64,000 bases of DNA from Neoechinorhynchus agilis (taxonomy: Eukaryota; Animalia; Acanthocephala). The translations under genes and the position numbers were made by a program. Positions 50,241 through 59,909 of this stretch are shown here, piece after piece (within the stretch, counting starts at the first letter, position 1; each line of letters opens with the position of its first letter). The stretch lies in contig CM121343.1 of NCBI GenBank assembly GCA_051530055.1, positions 900,389-964,388 on the forward strand. Direction: 5' to 3'. Under the pieces are notes generated by a model that was not told the DNA's origin, searched no databases, and saw nothing but the letters and a program-made list of their open reading frames with translations.

Positions 50241-51969
50241 GTAAGAAGCGAATAAGGTAAGATAACGCAATATTTTATGCTGCAAATTCACAAAATCAAA
50301 TTTGGTCCGAACAACCAGTAGAGAACAAGCGGCAAACGGAAATTTCAAGTACTCTGGGAGGTGAGGCCAACGATGCCCGATATCCGAAGGTCTCAACATT
50401 TACGAAATCGGGAGAATTTTGGACTCACGGCCCAAGGGATTCCCGATGTGTTGGTCTTCTGCTAACAAACTCTGCTCCTCAGCTCACTGAACCTCGTCCG
50501 AACATCCAAAACATCGTTTATTGCACCTCTTCGTTGCTGGAGATCGTGCGCTACCCAGAAACATCTTGAAACGGATCCCAAAGGGCGCTCGAGGTTAGCG
50601 AATGTCTCGAGACGAATACCAAAATATCTACGCCAAAAGATATCGCTTACCTCCTTTATAGGTGAAACCGAGTAAGTGTTCGCATTTACGGTAACTTTTT
50701 CTGCATGTGAGTTTGAAGGACGTGATACCGAGTACGCCGGACCTCCATCCCAACCCGTCTGTAATGAAGAGGAGATATGCCAAAGAATCTTTGACAAAGT
50801 CCTAAAGAACGCACTCGGTATCCCCAAAGCAACATTCTTCAAACATAAGGAAGGATTGGCTAAGCTCGACGACAAGGTGAGTGCTTGTTTCGAGCGTATT
50901 TGAAATGTCCAGCTCTCAGATAAGGCGTGGCGACAATCTTCATTGCCTGTGTCATGCCTTTCTTGGATCGTATGAGGGGAGTCAACCAATGGCGAAGAAA
51001 ATTCTGAGGGAAAAGTTTTGTCTTGACCAAGAATTTGTGGTGGCAGTTGAGGAATGGTACCAGCAGACAGGCGCTAACCATGTTCCAGTGAATGGCCTTA
51101 TACAGCCGATCTGCGAAAGGCCTTTCACCGCGAGAACTCACAGCTCTCTACTTTCAGGTTCTCGCGATGGGGTCGTCCGAGCTATATTGTTGGCAGTTTC
51201 GACACAAGAATCGGGGGGCGTGTTTGGAGGCTGTTCCTCTGGCGTCTGTGGTAACTCTTCTCACTGATGAGGTAACGAGTATCGCAGTGTCCTTAAGACT
51301 TGGTCTCCCGATATGCACGCCCCATCGCTGTCGATGTGGGTCTTTGATTGATGCTTTCGGGCGACACGGTCTCGTCCGCAGAAGGTCAGGAGGAAGGTTC
51401 TCACGTCATTCTGAGATCAACAGCGTAATTCCTCGAGCCGAGGCAGGAGAAAAGCTCCAATTTTGCGGACGGTGGTGATTGCACGTTTTGTACTTTCACA
51501 AATAAAATTTAATCGTTTAAAAAAATTGTTTAACCGTTTCAGAGGTGATTTTACGTATTCGGAATTTTTGCTGATAAGAATTTTACTTTTGATTCACGGT
51601 TTATTTATTCTCGAATAACAACAATGTGCTGAAGTTTACTAAAATTCAAATGTCCCTTTTTAGTCCGTTTGTTAAACACACGCGATTCGGAGAAACCATC
51701 GAACTGTGTAGATACTTTTTAAAGCATTTTCTCTTGAAATCAAAAGAGCCTTCAGTGATCAAAATCTAAAATATATAAATAAACGCTTATTATTCCAAAT
51801 CATTTATCCAACTTATCCCTTTCGTTTTGCGATTTGCTCTCTTTTCATGAAGAAATTGCGCTCATAAATTCTTTTTAAAGACGGCATTAAAACTTTGAGA
51901 AAGTTCATTATTTCTAAGTTGCGTTCTTAAAATGCCAACGACGGTTTACTTTTTAAAAGTGTTTCCTAG

Positions 51970-54900
51970 GTAACCGATCTTAGTTTTTAAAATTACTACG
52001 ATAAAATTCTGACAATGGTCAATTTGGCTAAAATGAAGATTGCTGAAAAAAGCAAGAATATCTCAGGATTTGTACACAGAAAACAAATAAATTTGGAGGA
52101 TGAGAAATATTTGACCAAATTGATTCTGGACGACAAGGGTAATTGATTGTTTATTAAAAATGAACATAAAAGTTGTTATCGTCTATAGAAATCGAGTTGA
52201 GTAGAGCCGAAAAGAAAAGCGAGTTAACAAAGGAAAAATTGATTAGCGGAAATGCCATAATCGAAAAGAAGAATGCCATTTATAAAGATTGTGTTCCATT
52301 TTTCGGATTAAAAAGCGTAAGTGAAATCACGCGCTAGAATGATGCGTTGAATTTAAAATGATTTGTAGGCCGAAGACATTGCTATCCTTTTAAGTGATTT
52401 GGATATGAAACATATAAAACCAATATCCGGATATGAGGTAAACATTTTTAGATCTAAATTTTAATAATATGAATAAAATTTTCAAGAAATTGTTTTTGGT
52501 GGGTCGTATTTTAATGACTAGTTCCGATTTTTTTCCACGAATTTGGATTTTACAGAAGATGAACTTTTAAAGAATCTTGTAGATATGAAAATATAGTACC
52601 TCGCTTTCAAATTGCAAATGAAATAGACGTTGCACGTCTAGTGCACTAATTAGATTATTTTACACGGCTTTCAGGGACCTAAAATTCGTGGAATTCCATA
52701 AGAATGTAAATACTTAAGAAATGGAATCCGACGATTAAATAATTTGGAGATGAGAATCATTTTATATTAAAAACGTCCCTGATTAAAAAGTAGCATTAGT
52801 AACTCGAGTTCTGATAAACCATTAGTTCTTTTGAACTTTCACAAACATATCACAATTTGCATATAGAAAGTCCTCAATTTGCTGAACAGTACATTTGCGG
52901 ATCAAGTACAGAAATTAACAAGACTAAGATCTAGAACTAAAGAATTAAAACATTGCATTGTTGAAACGAAGAAAGATTCGCAGCTCGTCCGAAACATTCA
53001 GAATAACGTCCGCGGCGAGAATACTTTTCCAAGAAGGCATAGGCGTCGTGGTAGAAAAAACGGGCGGTACCAATTATCACGTGGATCCCGATGTCAATTT
53101 ATAAGTAACGCCGTTAACTTCACGGAAAGATTGAAAAGTGTCATTGAATCGGTGAGTAGAAGTTCTCAGTTTTAGTGTAGTTTTCACTCTTCGTTAAACA
53201 ATCAGGCGACATCTTATTTAATGAGTGAGATTTCAGCAAGGGAGGAGATTTTAAGTGAAGAAGATTCAATACAAGAAGAGAAAGAGATGTCTGACCTTAT
53301 AAATTACAATTCAAGATTATGGGAAGAGTACACAAAATTGAAATCAGATTTTGAAAAGCGTTTGATAGAAACGACGAACGCCGTAACGGTCAACGAACAA
53401 AATGATAAACAACTGAAAATTGCTGAAGACTTGGCCAATAGAGATGTGACCGCAAGAATGAGATTTGTAGCCAATCACAAAATTAATAACTTTGAAGCAA
53501 AACGTAAGAGTGGATGATATGCGGCAATTGCTTATTTTAATCGGGAAATGTTTAGACGAACGTCCAACAAAATCATTGACACAGCAAATACTTAGCCATG
53601 AAATGAGCTTACTTTTGGCCCATAATGGCATCGAACCGGATCTTGAGGTAAATATCTCCTTAGCAAAATTAAAATTGTTAGATTTCCGATGAGTCCCTCT
53701 AAGAGAATATGTGGTACCGATTTATTGCAAACGGATAATTAATGTGTAGAGCAAAAGACCTTTGACTTGCGTTTTTAGTTTAATCCCCGGCGCTCTCATG
53801 TACACCAAAACCTCTATCGTATAGTTCTCACCAAATAAATTGTTGCAAAAGTTGGATAAGACACAGGAAAACCGAGCGTTGCTTCGCCAGTTTCTATCAA
53901 AAGACAGAATAGAAACCGAATTAAACGTTCAACAAAGAAGATATGAAGACAACGGCAAGAATGCGACATGTGAATGTTTTGAGCAACTTAGGAACATGTA
54001 AGACTTTTTTTAAACAATACTCTACTCATTTTGGTTGTTTTACTGTCCAGTGTGGCAGATAAGGTGCTAGAAAATGAGAGAAAAACCGAAGAGCGAATAA
54101 ATGCAATGGACCATATAAATATAGAACAGTGTGTCAAATATTTTGTGGACATACTGATGATGAACATTAAAAAAACATTGGTTCGAGCTGGCCTCGAAGA
54201 CGATTCGGTGAGTGCAAGCGAAGGGAGAGTGCTGCTCGGCGGTAACTTTGCGGGCTTTTAGGCGAAATCCCCAAAGAGAAATACATAAAATTTCCTGGCA
54301 AAATGGTGACCATAAGAAGGGACCATTCTTTAACCAGTACTTTAATTTTTTATATTTAAAAGTTTAAAGCTACAATCACCCAATGGTTAATTTTAACAAC
54401 GATTTTTCAAAATAGCTAATAACAAAATACATTACAAAAATATTGATGATAATTTAGAGTGCTAAAGAAAAGTGATATAAAGTATCAGTTGTTTTTGATC
54501 CTTTTGAGAAAAATCAGTAAAAATCATTAGGTTTTCGGTCTTTTATCTTCTTCTTTAGCCGAATAGCGAAGCGACCTTTAAAGACATGGCATTATGGGCA
54601 TTGGAAAAGATGAAATTATTGCGACAAAAAGCTCTCGAGCAAGGTCTTGACGAATCCATTGATTACTCATTTGAAAATGTTTTGAAAGTAAGCAAAAACC
54701 TACCTTCCGTTTTAACGCATTAATGAATAAAAATAATAGATATTAAATGAAAGAAATGAGAAATCACCTGTCGAGGAAATGGTTGCCGGAGAAGCTACTA
54801 TGGCCAATCCAATGCAATATATTTTAGAAATAACTCAGCAAGATGTGAACAAGATGCAAAAAGCTATGGAGAATATGAAGCTGGAAAAACCAAAAGAGAA

Positions 54901-55036
54901 AAGGAGGCAACATGCAGAAACGGCCGGGAACCTACAAAGCGGCAAGATAAGTAATATTAAAGTACTTGATAAATCCTCAATCAAGAAAATGAATGAACCA
55001 TTAAGTTATAAAAAAGACAAGAAGGCAACGAACTAA
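51970..55036 (+). pseudogene. Unidentified multi-exon coiled-coil gene, copy B (likely disrupted)
   Basis: Near-identical to 15317-18360. Carries an extra 25-nt insertion at ~52638-52663 that introduces TAA in a modelled exon. Confidence 0.5.
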
Positions 55037-55267
55037 TTTTTTGCCGTAAAAAATTATCTTTATCGTTAGATTGTTTAAATCGGGAGTACAAAGAGACATT
55101 TGAATTTTTTATAACTTGGACATATTATTGTTATTGAGACAAAAATAAACCGTTAACCGACAGTAAAATTCTTATCACTGACAATTCCAAATACGCAAGA
55201 TCACTTTCCAAACAGTTAAAAATTTATAGTATAAGAATCTCGAAGAAATAATTAATCATCTTATCAC

Positions 55268-55560
55268 ACGCTTCGGCCGAACTGCATGGCTGGTAGATCT
55301 GTAAGAAGTTATAATTTCACTTTTATTTTTGTAAAAAAATATTAAAACTTTAAATAAGAAAGTTGGCTTCCGATTAGACACTATCCGGCTTTACAGTTAT
55401 GAAGCCTGCCCGTCCTTTTCGGACATTCATTTGAGTATCTTGTGCAGAAGGAATCCGATGTCGAATTGTTAAGCCCTGAACAATCTCCTGATTAGACATC
55501 ATCCGTATTTACAGTTATGAAGCCTCTCGGTCGTCTTCGGGGCTTCATTTGAGTATCTCG
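55268..55560. repeat. Conserved flank plus ~2 degenerate copies of the 118-bp unit
   Basis: CGCTTCG.CCGA.CTGCAT.GCTGGTAGATCTGTAA.AAGTTATAATTTC is shared with 42764-42850 and with 15000-15085 (reverse complement), and is followed by CTTTACAGTTATGAAGCC units. Confidence 0.85.
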
Positions 55561-57450
55561 TGCAGGCAACGAACTAATTTTTTGCCGTAAAAAATGATCT
55601 TTATCGTTAGATTGTCCGTGTATAGTTAACTTCATTTACACTTAAAAAGATGTATCTGACTAAGTTCAACAGACGCTAAATAAAAATCGAAGCTGATCTC
55701 AGGCTAAGTGGCGAATTTAATTACATTCCATAGTAGTGCCGAGGTTCTCCACAGGACTAAAGTTCCTAATGATTCAAAGGGGGCGAGATATCGATGAGGG
55801 GATTAAATTCAGTTATGAGTCCAACCTCCTGGGGACATATCTGGGGATCTGGAGGAATGTGTAATAATAGTAATCGTACGGTCAAGGGTATTTATCGCAG
55901 AGCACCGCTTCTCTGACCCAGATCGGTGGGCTGTTCGCCCAAGGAAAATAATCGGCCGTGTAATGATGGTCACTTCAACACTAAATACAAATATTTCATT
56001 TTGGGCTTTCCTGATGAATTTTGGGATTTCATTTAGCCAAAATTACAATGGAGTGCGTGTAAGTGACCAAATGAGGATTAATCGCGATGTACTTAGAGAT
56101 ATGTTAAAAATCGATTGAATGAGCCTAGATAAAGTCGGGAAGTTTCCATATCTACCACAGTAGCTGTGTTCGATGTTTTTTTCGGACCATTTTCTGTGCA
56201 TGTGAATTTCTGTCCAAATTCAATTTAGACTTCGCGATTATTTGGAAAGCCGTTCGGAGCTTTTAAACGCGAAGATTTGTTGACGCCTTACCTGTGAAGA
56301 TCGTTTAATTTGGAAATGAAAAATACAACAAGGGGCAAAAGCACCGAAATATGGATCAGTTGATGAGAAAATGATATTGCGGACATTGGTAGATACTCTC
56401 AATGAAAATTAAAAGATACAAAATTACTCAGTCGATGATTTCCGCTTTAAGAGAAGAAAAGTGAAAGCACTTACATATCCTATAGCCGGCTTGGTGTCAG
56501 AAAATCAATTACAATTAGTAATTTGGTTGTCAATTCAACGTTCGAAGTAAATAAATTAAATATTGATCATTCCCATTTCCACGAGCAGGTTAAAATGACT
56601 GCGTTTATGCGAAAACGTTCATTAGAAAAGGACTTCATCGTCAACCGCCGTTCATGGTTCAATTTAGAGTATAATAAAAGCGTGATAAATTTAAGAGCGT
56701 CTCTAGTACCGCCTGATTGATCAATAAGCACAAATCAAGTGAAAAAAGCGGTCACCATGGACCAATATTTTCATTTGGATGGTAAATTGTTCCGGAAAGG
56801 GAAAAATTGATTTCATTGGAACGCGTGTTTCTGATGTGGGGATAAGATTAGACCATTTCGATTCGAACCAATATTATCATTATGTTACCATCCTATAACA
56901 TAGGAAACTATAATAAAGGCATGGGAAACGACTTGCAAGCATGGTGCGTTTTTCCTAGTTTCTACTATATAAAATTTATTTTCACTGGTCCCATGTTTTC
57001 GGCATTTTAGCCGTTTCGCAAGGAATTAACGTGGGAAAGTCATTAAGTATGGCCTTATATCTGTTCGACCAATGGTAAAGATAACAAGGAAGCAATTTGC
57101 TTTTCCGGATCGCGAAAATACAATGGTCGTCGGTGGATGCTTAGTCGTTTGCAATCTACACACACACACACCTTACACTCACTGACTAGTCCTGATGACG
57201 TTTCACTCACATTACCTTCCGAAAGGGGTACTCCGCCCTGGTGAGTTTTTAGGACGTCACCCGTTTACCGGATTTAGGTCCTATGCGAAGCAGCGTATGA
57301 ATCCGGGTCTTCTGTAATGCATTATTCTTTACATAGAGAACCACAGTCCGTAGGTGTTTGATTGAAATCCAATCATATTTGCGCATTTGACTACATTTAT
57401 TGGTGGTCGGCTAAACTTTAAACCGTCAACATTGTAGAGAAAACGTTCAA

Positions 57451-58818
57451 ATGGACAAACAAATTGCGGATTTGCTTATTTGCGACAACATCCATCAAGA
57501 GGACACGAGTGTAGATTTTCTTGCAAGTGTTACGCCGGATACTCATGACGAGCAAACGATGGATTTGGTGGTGGAACGAGCTGAGCATCTTTCTGAAAGC
57601 CTTGCTGCTTGTGCCAAGAAGAGAGTCAATAGAAGGAACGCTTGGGGCGATATGTCCTACGCTGACCTTATAAGGAAAGCTATTGAATCAAGTCAGGATA
57701 GACGGCTGACCCTATCTCAGATTTATGATTGGATGATTCAAAATGTTGAATATTTCAGGGACAGGAGAGATAAAAACAATAGCGTCGGTTGGAAGGTTTG
57801 TAGACTTTGCTTGTTTCGTAACTAGTCTGTGCTTTCTATTAAGAACTCCATTCGCCATAACCTTTCTCTCCACGACGAATTCATACGAGTTCAAAATGAA
57901 GGAGCGGGAAGGAGCTCCTGGTGGACGGTAACTGCTCGGAAATTCGAGAAAAAAAAGTCAGTCCGGAAAAAGAACACGCAACTATTAACAAATGAGCAAA
58001 AAAAGGAAAGGAAACGTGGTCGTAAAGTCCTCAAACGTGAGCCTGTCAAGGTGAATGTCAACGCTAGCGGTGCCAGTCATTATACACTACCACCAGTGCC
58101 AATAATGAACTCTGGCTTAAGTCTTGATTTTCACTTGGATTCCACCTTCTTTTCCCAAATCATAAATACTCCTGCCCACGTTCATTCTTCGACTGATCAA
58201 AATGGTACTGCACTAAGTTCATCAATTAACCCCACTTTCCGATCATACGGCCAGGATGCCTCCTCACTGTATGCAAATAGCCCGTCGAATTATGCATACG
58301 GAGGGTTTGATCACTTGCAAAATATTGGCGCTTTTCCAATGAGTCATTTCATCAGTCAATATCTTTTACATGGCGAAGAAAATCGACAAATGGGAGAAAT
58401 GCATCAGTCCAGTAGCGATGCATTATCAACAACCGATGCTGTCACATTTGATTCCACCAATAATGCGAGTTACGTTACAACAATGAGCATGGAGGATCCG
58501 CAGCAATCACAACATGGCAGCATTTTGGATCAAATGTTTACTGCTGTGAATTCCGAGGTTCCGTTGAATGGTGGAGTGGCGATAAGACACTCTACTTTGT
58601 GTGGAGATTGTCAGGATGGAATCGAGCCAGCGGCCCAAGAACATACGAATCCAGCAGTTTTATACGATTATCATCAACCAAATATGACCCTCAGTCATCC
58701 ACAATACGTTCAAACATTTCATTTGGCAGGAAATGGCGAATATTCGCCAAGCACGACAAATGGAAACTACAATGTCTTACCGAACCATGATCCAAACGGA
58801 TTACAGTTTGATCTTTGA
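57451..58818 (+). CDS. FOXO: FoxO forkhead transcription factor; intron 57796-57843
   Basis: [49 protein letters not shown]|[25 protein letters not shown] 48-nt GT-AG intron lies at the GWK|NSIRH junction. Confidence 0.95.
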
Positions 58819-59909
58819 GTCTGAATAATGTTTTGATTTATTTGGTGAAAATTACTTTTGCATGTTTAAATCGTAATGATCGAATCACTCCAATCGACTT
58901 CACGCTCATCGTTAAGCAAAATTATACTTCAGAGTATATTTGCTGCTTTCTATAAAAAAATGAGTCAGTGCAGCGAAAAACAAAGCCTTTACTTATCTTT
59001 TGGTCAAATGGTTTTAGTATTTAAATTAAAAATGGAACTAGTGTGGTGCTTCTCATGATCAGGAACTCGCTTCTTGTGTTTGTAGGTAGGAAATAAAAAA
59101 TTTAAGCCGCCACCAAATATTTCCTTTTAAATTAGTGAAAAAAATAGAATTTATAACGCAATAACTTTATCTTCTTTTCATACCACATTCTTAAGGATTA
59201 TAGCTTGAAATTTACGATGCAAAAAATGATAAAAATTAATTATTTTTTGCACGATCCAAAAACTTCTGTGAATATTATCGAGCTGAAAATAACATTTATG
59301 GCGAAAGCAAGAAATAAACTTAAGGAACAAAGATCAACGGTGATTATTTATCTCATTTGCCAGGTCTTTTCGCCGATAAATTCCCATAAATAAAGCTGGA
59401 ACCTATAACGTTTTATTACCTGTTCACTTTTTAATTTCTTAATTACACTGCTACCATAGCTAGTGATTCGGTTTAGATGAAAGATCAGTCATTGTTTGTC
59501 TTACATCGTGGAACAATTACAAACATTGACTGATGAGGTGAAGTTTCCTCGCGAAATATCGGAATTTAAAAAAATATCTTTCCAATAATGAATATACTTC
59601 TTGCATTTAACAAAATGGATACTGTTTGATTTGGACGCCTGAATTGAAAAGAGCATCCCAACGAAAATGCCCGCGTTTGATCCTAATCCATTTTCGCAGG
59701 TTCAATTTTTTACACTTATAAACAGCAGGAATAGACTGAGGGATATGAGGTCAATTCGGCTCCCAATCTCATTCCTACTGCCTGGATCAATTTACTGTAG
59801 GGCCTAATGTATCATTCAAAGAATAACTGATGGTGATTATTAATTGTCAGGTGTATGTGTTCTTTATTTGTCTCCGAAAAATACGATTGATTTTCGTACA
59901 ACTATTTAT

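Larger units (their letters stand above)
47705..51520 (+). mobile_element. Chimeric CRE-clade retrotransposon insertion containing host gene fragments
   Basis: 47.7-49.5 kb: FAHGPRD.RC, DGDVRGAVR, GLDALRP, RIRPIAV, KCDFQNAFNS, ERGAQKGDPLGP, WYLDDATL. 50.3-50.6 kb: a second 5' piece homologous to ~37260-36960. 50.9-51.5 kb: 3' piece (PHRCRC...GGRFSRHSEIN) ending EKLQFCGRW* and an A-rich tail. Confidence 0.85.
47098..55712. repeat. Inverted segmental duplication, copy B, interrupted by a ~3.8-kb insertion (47705-51520)
   Basis: The uninterrupted junction AAGATGCATAAACTTTAATTGTTTAACC in copy A is split between 47703 and 51526 here. Confidence 0.93.

Noticed and set aside
59528-59566. CTGATGAG...CGAAATATC as a hammerhead
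   Set aside because: Stem II and stem I do not pair adjacent to the core.
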